From the NCBI GenBank assembly GCA_964016885.1, contig OZ024740.1, positions 30,752,001-30,816,000 of the forward strand: DNA of 64,000 bases, read 5' to 3'. The notes beneath the pieces were generated by a model. It had not been told where the DNA came from. It saw only the letters and a list, made by a program, of their open reading frames with translations, and did not search any database. A program made the position numbers and the translations under genes. Positions within the stretch are counted from its first letter, which is position 1; the number at the start of each line of letters is the position of its first letter. This DNA is from Eledone cirrhosa (lineage: Eukaryota). Below are positions 24,201 to 37,871 of this stretch, piece after piece.

Positions 24201-27200
24201 GGTGTGGTGTGGTGTGGTGTAGTGTGTTGTGGTGTAGTGCGGTGTGGTGTGCTGTAGTGTGGTGTAGTGTAGTGTAGTGAATGGTAGTGTCGTGTAGTGT
24301 GGTATAGTGTGGTATAGTGTAGTCTGGTGTAGTGTGGGGTAGTGTGGTGTGGTGTAGTATAGTGTAGTGTGGTGTAGTATGGTGTAGTGTTGTGAGGTTT
24401 AGTGCTGTGTGGTGTAGTGTGGTGTAGTGCGGTGTGGTGTGCTGTAGTGTGGTGTAGTGTAGTGTAGTGAATGGTAGTGTGGTGTAGTGTGGTATAGTGT
24501 GGTATAGTGTAGTCTGGTGTAGTGTGGGGTAGTGTGGTGTGGTGTAGTATAGTGTAGTGTGGTGTAGTATGGTGTAGTGTTGTGAGGTTTAGTGCTGTGT
24601 AGTGTGGTGTGGTGTGGAGTGGTGTGGTGTAGTGTGGTGTACTGTAGTGTAGTCAATGGTAGTGTGGTGTAGTGGGGTATAGTGTGGTATAGTGTAGTGT
24701 GGTGTAGTGTGGGGTAGTGTGGTGTAGTGTAGTGTATTGTGGTGTAGTTAAGTGTGGTGTTGTGTAGTGTGGTGTGGTTTGGTGTGTGGTGGTGTAGTGT
24801 AGTGTGTTGTAGTGTGGTGTAGTGTAGTGTGCTGTGGTGTAGTGTGGTGTAGTGTGGTATGGTTTAATCTAGTGTAGCGTGGTGTAGTGTGGTCTAGTGT
24901 AGTGTAGTGCGGTGTGGTGTGGTGTGTGGTGTGGTGTAATGTGGTGTGGTGTGTTGTAGTGTAGTGTGGTGTGGTGTAGTGTGGTTTAGTGTGGTGTGGT
25001 GTAGTGTTGTTTAGTGTGGTGTAGTGTGGTTTAGTGTAGTGTGGTTTAGTGTAGTGTGGTGTAGTGTAGTGTTATGTGGTGTAGTGTGGTGTCGTGTGGT
25101 GTGGTGTGGTGTATTGTGGTGTGGTGTGGTGTGGTTTAGTGTGATGTGGTGTGGTGTAGTGTGGTGTAGTGTAGTTTAGTGTAGTGTGGTGTGGTGTGGT
25201 GTAGTGTGGTGTACTGTAGTATAGTGTAGTGTACTGTAGTGTGGTGTACTGTAGTGTAGTGTGGTGTAGTGTAGTGTATTGTGGTGTAGTTAAGTGTGGT
25301 GTTGTGTAGTGTGGTGTGGTGTATGGTGGTGTTGTGTAGTGTGTTGTAGTGTGGTGTGGTGTAGTGTAGTGTAGTGTGGTGTAGTGTGGTCTAGTGTAGT
25401 GTAGTGCGGTGTGGTGTGGTGTTTGGTGTGGTGTAATGTGGTGTGGTGTGTGTTAGTGTTGTGTGGTGTAGTGTGGTTTAGGGTGGTGTGGCGTAGTGTG
25501 GTGTAGTGTTGTTTAGTGTGGTGTAGTGTGGTTTAGTGTAGTGTGGTATAGTGTAGTGTGGTGTAGTGTAGTGTCATGTGGTGTAGTGTGGTGTGGTGTG
25601 GTGTGGTGTGGTGTGGTTTAGTGTGATGTGGTGTGGTGTAGTGTTGTGTAGTTTAGTGTAGTGTGGTGTGGTGTGGTGTGGTGTAGTGTGGTGTACTGTA
25701 GTATAGTGTAGTGGACTGTAGTGTGGTGTACTGTAGTGTAGTGTGGTGTAGTTTAGTGTGGTGTAGTGCGTTGTGGTGTAGTGTGGTTTAGTGTGGTGTG
25801 GTGTAGTGTGGTGTAGTGTAGTCTGCTGTGGTGTAGTGTGGTGTGGTGTAATGTGGTGTGGTGTAATGTGGTGTCGTGTGGTGTAATTTGGTGTGGTTTG
25901 GTGTAGTGTGGTTTAGTGTGGTGTGGTGTCGTGTGGTGTATTGTGGGGTGGTGTAGTGTGGTGTGGTGTTGTGTGGTGTTGTGTAGTGTGGTGTAGTGTG
26001 GTGTAGTGTAGTGTGGTGTGGTGTAGTGTGGTGTAGTTTAGTGTAGTGTGGTGTAGTGTAGTGTGGTGTGGTGTTTTGTAGTGTGGTGTGGTCTAGTGTA
26101 GTGTGGTGTGGTGTAGTGTAGTGTGGTGTTGTGTGGTGTGTTGTGTTGTAGTGTGGTTTTGTGTGGTGTGGTTTGGTGTGGTGTAGTGTGGTGGGGTGTG
26201 ATGTAGTGCAATGTGGTTTAGTGTGGTTTAGTGTCGTGTGGTGTGGTGTGGTGTAGTGAGGTGTAGTGTGGTTTAGTGTGGTGTGGTGTAGTGTGGTGTA
26301 GTGTGATGTGATGTGGTGTATTGTGGTATAGTGTGGGGTAGCGTAGTGTAGTGTGGTGTAGTGTGGTTTAGTGTGGTGTGGTGTGGTGTAGTGTAGTGTT
26401 GTGTGGTGTAGTGTTTCGTGGTATAGTGTTGTTAGTGTGGTGTAGTGTTGTGTGGGGTAGTGTGATGTGGTGTGGTGTGGTGTAGTGTGGTGTGGTCTGG
26501 TGTGGTGTGGTGTAGTGTGGTGTGGGGTAGTGTAGTGTGGTGTAGTGTGGTGTAGTGTGGTGCAGTGTGGTGTAGTGTGGTGTGGTGTGGTGTAATGTGT
26601 TGTGGTGTGGTGTAGTGTAGTGTAGTGAAGTGTAGTGTGATGTACTTTGATGTACTCTAGTGTAGTGTGGTGTAGTGTGTTGTAGTGTAGTCAAGTGTGG
26701 TGTGGTGTGGTGTAGTGTAGTGTAGTGTAGTGTAGTGTAGTGTAGTGTAGTGTGGTTTAGTGTGGTATAGTGTAGTGTGGTGTGGTGTAGTTTAATGTGG
26801 TGTTCTGTAGTGTGGTGTGGTGTGGTGTATGGTGGTGTAGTGTAGTGTTGTGTGGTGTATGGTGGTGTAGTGTAGTGTGGTGTAGTGTGGTGTGGTGTAG
26901 TGTGGTGTGGTGTGGTGTGGTGTAGTTTGGTGTGGTGTAGTATGGTTTAATGTGGTGTGGTGGAGTGTGGTGTGGTGTAATGTAATGTGGTGTAGTATGG
27001 TGTGGTTTAGTGTGGTGTGGTGTGGTGTAGTGTGGTGTGGTGTAGTGTGGTTTAGTGTGGTGTGGTGTAGTGCAATGTGGTTTGGTGTGATGTGGTGTGG
27101 TGTAGTGAGGTGTAGTGCGGTGTAGTGTGGTGTAGTGTAGTGTGGTATGGTGTAGTGTGGTGTAGTGTGATGTGGTGTAGTGTAGTGTGGTGTAGTGTGG

Positions 27201-27847
27201 TTTAGTGTGGTGTGGTGTGGTATAGTGTAGTGTGGGGTAGTGTGGTGCGGTGTGGTGTGGTGTAGTCTGATGTGGTGTAGTGTGGTTTAGTGTGGTGTGG
27301 TGTAGTGTAGTGTGGTGTGGTGTAGCGTGGTGTGGGGTAGTGTAGTGGGGTTGAGTGTGGTTTAGTGTGGTGTAGTGTGGTGCAGTGTGGTTTTGTGTGG
27401 TGTAGTGTGGTGTGGTGTAGTGTAGTGTAGTGAAGTGTAGTGTGGTGTAGTTTGGAGTACTCTAGTGTAGTGTAGTGTGGTGTAGTGTGGTTTAGTGTAG
27501 TGTAGTCAAGTGTGGTGTGGTGTGTTGTAGTGTAGTGAAGTGTAGTGTGGTGTAGTGTGGTATAGTGTAGTTTAGTGTGGTGTGGTGTGATGTAGTGTAG
27601 TGTGGTGTTGTCTAGTGTGGTGTTCTGCAGTGTGGTGTGGTGTATGGTGGTGTGGTGTAGTGTGGTGTGGTGTAGTGTAGTGTGGTGTGGTGTGGTGTGG
27701 TGTGGTGTGGTGTGGTGTAGCCTGGTGTAGCCTGGTGTGGTGTAATGTGGTGTGGTGTAGTTTGGTGTGTTGTGGTGTGGTGTAATGTGATGTGGTGTAA
27801 TATGGTGTGGTGTGGTGTAGTGTGGTGTAGTGTAGTGTGGTATGTGA
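6209..27847. repeat. Pentanucleotide satellite (TGTGG/TGTAG)n, block 2 (~21.6 kb)
   Basis: Same 5-bp period and variant words as block 1. More degenerate beyond ~22 kb. Confidence 0.98.
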
Positions 27848-27937
27848 TTTAACAAAAGTATCTATGTTAACAACAACGCTAAAATGTGTTTACCTTAGGT
27901 TTTTACCAACTAAAAACAATCTAAAGTTTGACTCAAG

Positions 27938-28231
27938 ACCGGAAGCTCATTGGACCGGTGGCTCATTGGACCGGTGGCTCATTGGACCGGTGGCTCATTG
28001 GACCGGCGGCTCATTGGACTGGTGGCTCATTGGAACGGTGGCTCATTGGACCGGTAACTCATTGGACCGGTGGCTCATTGGACTGGAAGCTCAATGGACC
28101 GGTGGCTCATTGGACCGGTGTCTCATTGGACTGGAAGCTCAATGGACCGGTGGCTCATTGGACTGGTGGCTCATTGGACTGGAAGCTCAATGGACTGGTG
28201 GCTCATTGGACTGGAAGCTCAATGGACCGGT
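27938..28231. repeat. 16-bp minisatellite (gctcattggaccggtg / gctcaatggactggaa variants), about 18 units
   Basis: Tandem 16-mers read directly. Confidence 0.93.
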
Positions 28232-28239
28232 GCTTATGG

Positions 28240-28390
28240 TGCTTATCCTGGTATTCATTTTCAGTTGAGTATACTGGAGGAACGTGAAATGAATTGTTTT
28301 GCTCAACAACACAATAAACAACCCGGTTCAGGAACCTACAACGTTATGATCGTGAATCCAACACCTTAACCACTAGGCCACGTGCCTTCA
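28240..28390 (-). mobile_element. tRNA-derived SINE (CORE-like body)
   Basis: Minus strand starts gaaggcacgTGGCCTAGTGGttaagg (A box), has a degenerate B box, then tgtgttgttgagcaaaacaattcatttcacgttcctccag resembling a CORE domain. Confidence 0.65.
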
Positions 28391-28414
28391 CCAACTGGTG
28401 TAATGTATTATACT

Positions 28415-28602
28415 CAGGGCCGAATTAAGTCCTACTGAGGTCTTAAGTACTTAAAAGGTTATGATGCTCCCCTGCCTCCACACTTATATAAAGTCTGCAA
28501 TTCTTTTTTAATGACAAATACATTTAGTTTAAATAAAATGGTACCCCCTTCCTTTGATTCCTTAGTATGTGTTTATTTTGCTTAATGGTTAATCCAGCCC
28601 TG
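28415..28602. mobile_element. hAT-type MITE
   Basis: Terminal inverted repeats CAGGGCCGAATTAA ... TTAATCCAGCCCTG. No clean adjacent 8-bp TSD. Confidence 0.65.
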
Positions 28603-29269
28603 GCTATTGTATTATACTAACTCCGTATTTTATAACGCTGACGCGTGTGTGTATATGAGTGTGCGTGTGTGTGTGCATATGCATACATTTATATGTATGA
28701 GTATATAAATATAAATGTGCAAAGACAGACACACTTACAAAAATACACACTCACAGACATACATTTACACAATCTCACACGCACATACATTACACAAACA
28801 CACACATACACTCACACACAGCGCAGCAATTGAAACGCCAGCCGCTGTTTTGCTGTAGTTTTTTCACCATCTCTCTTCCTTTTACACACACATACATTCA
28901 CACAAACATACACACACACATTGTGTGACGGACGGACAGACGGAAGTCGTTCCAATTTATATATAGACGTTGCTTGGCGAAGTATCATGGCCAAGTTTAG
29001 CACAACACTTTAATGGATTTTGATCGTTGTTTATTCGCAGGTCAACTTTCTTTAGGTAGACTTTATGATCAAAGGTTTTCCAGTCGTGATTATTCTGTCT
29101 TTCTTTTCATTGTGTATCTACGACTTCATTATGTAATGTGTCCTTCCATATTTTAAAATGGTTATGTTATATCAAAGAGATTTGGCTACTATATCTTGCA
29201 TGTCTAGTGACCCTGTAGAAGATCCTACGATGGTTAGGGTTAGGGTTTTAAAAAGTTAATGATTCAGCG

Positions 29270-29875
29270 ATGTGTGTGTATATGTGTGAGTGTGTATGTA
29301 TGTGTATGTATGGATACGTGTGTGAGTGCGTGTATATGTGTGAGTGTACGTGTATGTGTGTATGAGTGAGTGTGTGTGTGTTTGAGTGTGTGGTGTGTGT
29401 GTGTGTGTGTGCATATGTGGAGTGTGTTGTGTGTGTGTGTTCATATGTGATGTGTGTGTATATGCGCGGTTCCTTCGTTGGCTCGTTTTCTTTTTATAAA
29501 GTTAATGACGGTGTGTGTGTGTGTGTATGTGTATGTATGTATGTGTGTGTGTATGTGTGTATACGTGTATGCATATATGTATGTGTGTGTATGTGTGTAT
29601 ATGTGTATGTATGTGTGTGTATGTGTATGCATGTATGTATGTGTATGTGTGTGTATGTGTAAGCATGTATGTAAGTGTATGTGTGTGTATATGAATGCAT
29701 GTATGTATGTGTATATGTGTGTATGTGTGTATATGTGTATGTGTGTGTATGTGTATGCATGTGTGTATGTGTGTATAGGTGTATGTGTGTGTATGTGTAT
29801 GTGTGTATATGTGTATGCATGTGTGTGCATGTGTATGTATGTATGTGTATGTGTATGTGCGAACGTATGTGTATA
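29270..29875. repeat. Compound (TG)n/(TATG)n microsatellite
   Basis: Direct reading. Confidence 0.95.
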
Positions 29876-29877
29876 GG

Positions 29878-29980
29878 TTCACGCTTTTGAGAGTGGGGGG
29901 ATGGGGAACGACGTTTCGGGCATAAGCCCTTCTTCAGGGGTAAATAGGTTATGAAGAGAGTTCAGAGGGTGTGTGGAAAT
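29878..29980 (-). mobile_element. Penelope-like pLTR fragment with hammerhead-like core
   Basis: Minus strand reads CTGAAGA-agggcttatgccc-GAAA-cgtcg-TT. Homologous to 47430-47520 at the 3' end of the 44.8-kb PLE. Confidence 0.75.
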
Positions 29981-30074
29981 AAACAAAAATTCAAAAGCAG
30001 AAAAAAATTACAGTAAATTACAGAAAAAAATTACAGTATATAAATCAATGAATAATGCATAATATATATATATA

Positions 30075-30201
30075 TATTAAAATAACAGATTAAAGTTTAA
30101 GCAAAGAATCGCTGCTTTCACCCTTAACGGGGTCATCTGAAGATCCCGTTAAGGGTGAAAGCAGCGATTCTTTGCTTAAACTTCAATCTGTTATTTTAAT
30201 A
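30075..30201. repeat. ~55-bp-arm palindrome of two head-to-head truncated hammerhead cores
   Basis: Near-perfect inverted repeat. Plus arm reads CTGAAGA-tcccgttaagggt-GAAA-GCA-gcgattctt-TGC-TT. Confidence 0.8.
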
Positions 30202-30274
30202 AGTATTTGCTCTAGAGTTCTTATATATTTGATATATATTTATCCTTATCGAGCCCTCTTTGGATTTTAGTCTT

Positions 30275-30465
30275 TGGATTGGCAGTATCGGTAGAGGGTC
30301 GGACGCCATGCTTTGTAGCAAAGAGTTACGGCCCTTCATGGTCTGAGTTCAAATCCCGCCGAGGTTAACTTTGCCTTTCATCCTTACGGTACGGGGTCGA
30401 TAAAATAAAGTACCAGTAATATACTGGGATAATTGCTGGCCTTGTGCCAAAAGTAGAAACAATTA
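30275..30465 (+). mobile_element. tRNA-derived SINE (family A; central domain resembles the Meta domain)
   Basis: A box TGGCAGTATCGG, B box GAGTTCAAATCC, central gcctttcatcc...ggggtcgataaaataaagtaccag, AT tail. Several near-identical copies in the window. Confidence 0.9.
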
Positions 30466-30879
30466 ATATATATATATATATTAATGTGTGTGTGTGTGTG
30501 TGTATAATTAAATTATTAATCCAGGAGCAGTGGAGTGCCAGAATGATTAAAATGTGAGAAGGGATGATGCCATCTGTATATTCCAACTTCAAATCTCTGC
30601 TCTTATAAAAAGTATTCTATTGACATTAGCTTACAGTACGGGGAAAGACACACACACAACAAACTGTGGCATCTTATAAACCAAAGGATCTCAACGGGGG
30701 GGGGCATATGCACCCCGGGGGGGGGGGGGGGGTCGGAACTCCGGGGGGGGGGAGTTTCGGAGCATGGACGCGTTAGGGGGGCGTTACGAGTTAACACTAT
30801 GTAGATCTATTTTATTCCCAATTGGATTAATAATATTACAAAGAAAAAAAAGAAAAGAAAACACAGAAGCGGGTAGCAC

Positions 30880-31145
30880 ACACATCTAGGACCACATACA
30901 ACACAATCAGATAATACACACATTATGACCACATACAACACATAATCAGATAATACATACATCTAGGACCACATACAACACATAAGGAGGTAATACACAC
31001 ATCTAGGACCACATACAACACACAAGCAGGTAATACATACAGCTGGGACCACATTCAATACATAAACAGGTCATACATACATCTAGGACTACCTACAACA
31101 CACAGGCAGGTAATACATACATCTAAGACCAAATACAACACACAT
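30880..31145. repeat. ~40-bp minisatellite (catctaggaccacatacaacaca...taataca), 6-7 units
   Basis: Tandem units read directly, immediately upstream of the hAT relic. Confidence 0.85.
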
Positions 31146-32260
31146 TGTATCATGTGCTACGGACGATGCAAGAGCAATGGTCGGTCAACATAAGGGTTTC
31201 GTCACTCTTCTGAAGAGAGAAAATCTATCTGTATTTGTTGTTCATTGTGTCATTCATCGACAACACTTGGCTGCGAAGAAACACAGCAACCCCCTGAGCA
31301 AGTCCTTGCAGGTGGCCTTTGATGTCATCAATTTTATCAAACGGCATTACCTCAATGAACGAATTTTCCAGCAACTATGCCAAGATAATGACCAAGAATT
31401 CGTCAAGTTGCTCCTTCATAATTGTTTCTACTTTAGGCACAAGGCCAGCAATTACCCAGTGCATTAATGAAGTGAGGTGGCTTTCAAAGGGCAAGTGCCT
31501 TACTCACTTCTTTGAACTGTTCGACTCTATCATTGAGTTTCTGCGAGGACACAACACAGAACTGTACAAGAAAACCCTCAATGTGAGGCAAAACTGCGCC
31601 TACCTCACCGACATCGTCGACAAATGTAATAACGTAATTTTGGCTTTGCAGGAGAAGATCACCTTGCTTAAAGCAAGGAATGCTGTGAAAACATTCCTAG
31701 CCAAATTGAATGTCATCGAAAGGAATCTTTGTTGACGGGAATTCTATAATTTTCCTAGTGTCGCCAATGTTCAAAACATTGTAAGCGATGACCAACTCCA
31801 AATTTATACCGCTCACCTCCGTGCTCTACAAGACAACATGAGAGGACGGCTTGTCAACCTTTTGCCGATGGACATCCCTATGTGGGTAGCAGATCTCTTC
31901 ATAGCTAACGTCGATGATTTGGATGTTATATTTCAGGAAGAATTCATTGAACTTTAAGCAGATTACATGATCAAAATTAGATTTCCCAAATTAGGTGAAC
32001 CCCTTTTTGGGATGCAAGAGGAAATTCAGCGTCGATTTCCACACCTACATGCAGAGGCTAAGAGATTTGCTCTGCCTTTTCCAAGCTCATACTTAGTCAA
32101 GAGGAGGTTTGGTGCTGTTTCCAGACTGCACAGTAAGGCTTGCAACCGCTACAATGTAATTACACGTGGAGATCTCCGGCTACATCTTACAAAAATCCAG
32201 CCTGACGTCAAAGAGTTAGCTAGACTCCATAAAGTTCAAGGGTCCCTTGAAATGAGGTGA
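31146..32260 (+). pseudogene. hAT (Charlie/Buster, ZBED5-like) transposase relic, C-terminal half
   Basis: Motifs CATDDARAMVG, VHCVIHRQHLAAK (CxxH), LLHNEVRWLSKG and LPFPSSYL (dimerisation region). Broken by stops and a SINE-tail insertion. Confidence 0.9.
31419..31468 (-). mobile_element. 5'-truncated SINE family A tail inserted in the transposase
   Basis: aattgtttctactttaggcacaaggccagcaattacccagtgcatta is the reverse complement of the SINE 3' end. Confidence 0.88.
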
Positions 32261-33089
32261 AAGTTAAAGTAAGTTGATTTATCCGAAAACTTGGATAGGC
32301 TATTGTTACAAAGCAAACTAACAATTTTTTTTATTTGTAGTTGCAGTCTGACTGGACTGGAAACCATCTACTACAATTCACTTACTCATTTGTTGTATAT
32401 ATTTTACCATTTACTAATAAATATACTCTCCCGCGTAGTCATGAAAACCCTCTTCCGTGGTCTCTAAGCTCACAAAGAAGAGGGGACATCAAGTTAGATA
32501 TCAACATTTATTCTGTCCGTTTCATTAAAGGGAAAATTGGAAAGCTTTGAAATGATATAATTGCCACTTTCTTCCAGATAAGAGCAGTCTTTGGATAGAC
32601 AGAGTTGCTCTTGTATAAATGTTCAAAATAGCTGGTATCGCCTGATAAGAATATAACAAATTCAACTGGTCCTTATTCATAAAAAAGAACATTTATGTTC
32701 CTTTTTTTGAAATTTATATATTTCCTTTCAAGGAATATATTTATACTCACAGCTTCCTGCAATGGTATCTTTGGAATATTGTTAATCAATGTTTTAGTAA
32801 TCTACTGATATCAAAATCAGTAGTATATTGAAAAATGGAAAAATAGGGTGGGGGAGGGGGGCGTTTCGTGATTTCGAGGGACAAAAGGGGACGTTTGGCC
32901 TAAATGGGTTGAGAACCTGTATTATAAACCATAGTTGAGGAACAATAACAGTAACAACAACAGCAGCAGCAACAACAACAACAGATACCGATGTAATTAC
33001 TATTGTTAACCATAGCAAATGGACTATGTGAAGTCACAGATCCTTTGGCCGTCTAAATACATCTGACTGATGAAATGACAAGTCAGTCA

Positions 33090-35036
<1,947 letters not shown>

Positions 35037-37587
35037 TTGATAATAGTACCAAACTAGCTAATTTCTTGGATGTATCTCTTAATCTTGACACTGGCCTATA
35101 TTACCCTTACCATAAAAACAATGAGAATCTTAATTATGTTAACTTTAAATCTAACCATCCTACCAATATCAAGAATGCTATAGTTAATAATATTGGAAAT
35201 AGAATATCTAACATATCTTCTAATAAAAACATCTTTGATGCTAACGCCAATTACTATAATAACGCACTTTCTAAAGCTGGCTATCCAGATAAAATCAAAT
35301 ATAATAAAGAAACAAATTCTAGGAAAACTTACAGTAGAATATTTAATCATAACCATTCCAATAATTTTAATAAAAGACCTAGATACAAAAACATAATCTG
35401 GTATAATGCTCCTTTCTCCATCTCTATTAATAACAATATTCCTAAATTATTTTTTAGTGCCTTAAATAAATGCTTCCCTCCCTCACATATCTATAGTAAA
35501 ATATTTAACAAACACACCATTAAATTTTCGTATTCTACATCCTCCAATATTTCCAACATCATTTCTAAACACAACAACAAAATATTAAATACTAAATCTC
35601 TTCCTTCCAATATTGAATCTCATAATAACAATAATAGTACTCCTGACGTCATTGTAAACCCTAGGCTAACTTCTGTAAACCCAAATACAACGTCAAACAC
35701 AACTTCGCTAAATGTTCATAATCCAACTCTAAATCAAGAAACTATTATTCCTATTATTCCTATCGCAAACAACTTCTCCAATCCAATTCCTTCTATAGAT
35801 AACACTAGATCACTCATTAATAATCTCTCTAATTGCAACTGCCGCATTAAAAATAAATGTCCTCTCAACAACCATTGCCTCGATAAAAACTTAATTTATG
35901 AATGTAAAATTATAACTAGCACCAACTCCTTCACCTATTTTGGCTCCACTTCCACCTCTTTTAAAGCTCGTCTCTATAATCATCATTCATCTTTCAAATA
36001 CAAACTTAAAAGAACTAACACTGCTCTCTCAGAACTCATATGGTCCTTAAAAGACAAAAACATTAAATATAACATCTTTTGGAAAAAGATTTCTTCTGCA
36101 TCCTCGTACTTGAACAGTTCTCTATCTAAAATCTGTAATCTCTGCCTAAATGAAAAATTTACCATTATCTCTAACCTAGAATCCATAATAAATAGACGCT
36201 CGGATTTGTTTTCCATCTGCCTTCATAAATTCCATAGAACTTTTCACAAAGTATACAGTTAATATTCAATTCTTTATCAATTTAGAATCTTTTCTCAAAG
36301 GCACATATACATACACCTCTTTAAAATATACCCATCTACCTTACTTTAAAGGGCATTATACACTCTATAGTACTCGTTTATTCATTTACCTCATCCTATC
36401 TTCTCGTAAAACAATAACATTTGTTTTTGACATTTTGAATATTCATCCGCAATCATTATTATTTTTTTCCCTCTATCATAAATCTTTTTAATCTCAATTT
36501 CATCCTTAATTTATTATTATATATATTTTTTTAATATATACTCATATATTCTTTAAAATATACCCATCTACCTTACTTTAAAGGGCATTATACACTCTAT
36601 AATACCCGTTTACTCATCACCCTCATTATATCTCTTCGTAAAACAATAACATTTGTTTTTGACATTTTGAGTATTCATCCGCAATCATTATTATTTTTTC
36701 TCTCTATCATAAATCTTTTTAATCTCAATTTCATCCTTAATTTATTATTATTATTATTTTTTTTCTCCCCATCAACAAACTCATTATTAATACATATGAA
36801 TTCAATATAAATTTTTCTCAAATCCTATACATAAACATTTTCTCTTTGCTAATTTTAAGATTCCTACATTTCTCCTTTTGAATATTCACCCACAATTATT
36901 ATTTTTTTCTCTCTATCTCCATACATAATCTCCCTTCGTTATTTTTTCTCTCTATCTCCATACATAATTTCCCTTCGTTAATTTTCAAATTCCTTTAATT
37001 TATACATTATCTTCCAACGGTTCCCAACCTCTCTATATTAAAACATTATATCTTTTTCTCAGTTATAAAAACTATCTCTTTCTCTCTATCACCCATCTCT
37101 CCCTTTCCACCTTCACTCTCATCTCCTCCCCTTTTTTTCATCCTTTCCACCCCCACCCCTCCCTAAATATAATATATTTTTTCCTCGCACATATCCTCCC
37201 TTCGTTAATTTTCAAAATTTTTAATTTATACAGTATCTTCCAACGGTTTTCAACCCCTCTATATAATATATATCTCCTCTCTGTTATAAAAACTATCTCT
37301 TTCTCTCTATCACCCATCTCTCCCTCTCATCTCCTTCCCTTTTCATCCTTTTCTCTCCCCCCCTCTCTAAATAAAATATTTTTCCCAATATCACACATCA
37401 ATCTAAAACCACTTTTCATATGTTGATTTAAAACTGCACTATCAACAAGTGTTTTTTTTAGCCTTCATATCATGTTCTCCTATTTTATCTGATGAAAACA
37501 CAAATATTATTGTTTAATGATGTTTGTTTTTGAAATGCGCATAATAAAATATATTGAACTCCTTTAACCATCTTTTGATCTTATATT
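35037..37587 (+). mobile_element. 5'-truncated Penelope-like element (Nematis-like), RT C-terminus + GIY-YIG endonuclease + 3' UTR/pLTR
   Basis: ORF to 36262 has NFLDV, HP, CNCR..CPL...CL, LIY...[13 protein letters not shown] and CNLCLNEK. The 3' UTR has internal ~231-bp and ~265-bp duplications and a hammerhead, and ends in (TA)n. Clade name is inference. Confidence 0.88.
37481..37551 (+). ncRNA. Type I hammerhead ribozyme
   Basis: Stem I tattttat/ataaaata, CTGATGA at 37489-37495, long stem II, GAAA at 37532-37535, palindromic stem III ATGCGCAT, AUA cleavage triplet. Confidence 0.88.
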
Positions 37588-37628
37588 ATGTATATACATA
37601 TATATATATATATATGTATATATATATG

Positions 37629-37677
<49 letters not shown>

Positions 37678-37717
37678 GTATATACATATAATATATATAT
37701 ATATGTATATATATATG

Positions 37718-37797
<80 letters not shown>

Positions 37798-37802
37798 TAC
37801 AC

Positions 37803-37870
<68 letters not shown>
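37588..37870. repeat. (TA)n tract
   Basis: Direct reading. Confidence 0.97.

Positions 37871-37871
<1 letters not shown>

Noticed and set aside
27938-28231. CRISPR-like array
   Set aside because: Units are contiguous with no unique spacers, there are no cas genes, and the context is eukaryotic.
29232-29248. Telomeric TTAGGG repeats
   Set aside because: Only two copies, too short to call an interstitial telomere.
30275-30360. tRNA genes at SINE heads
   Set aside because: A and B boxes are present but there is no cloverleaf, and each is followed by SINE body and tail.
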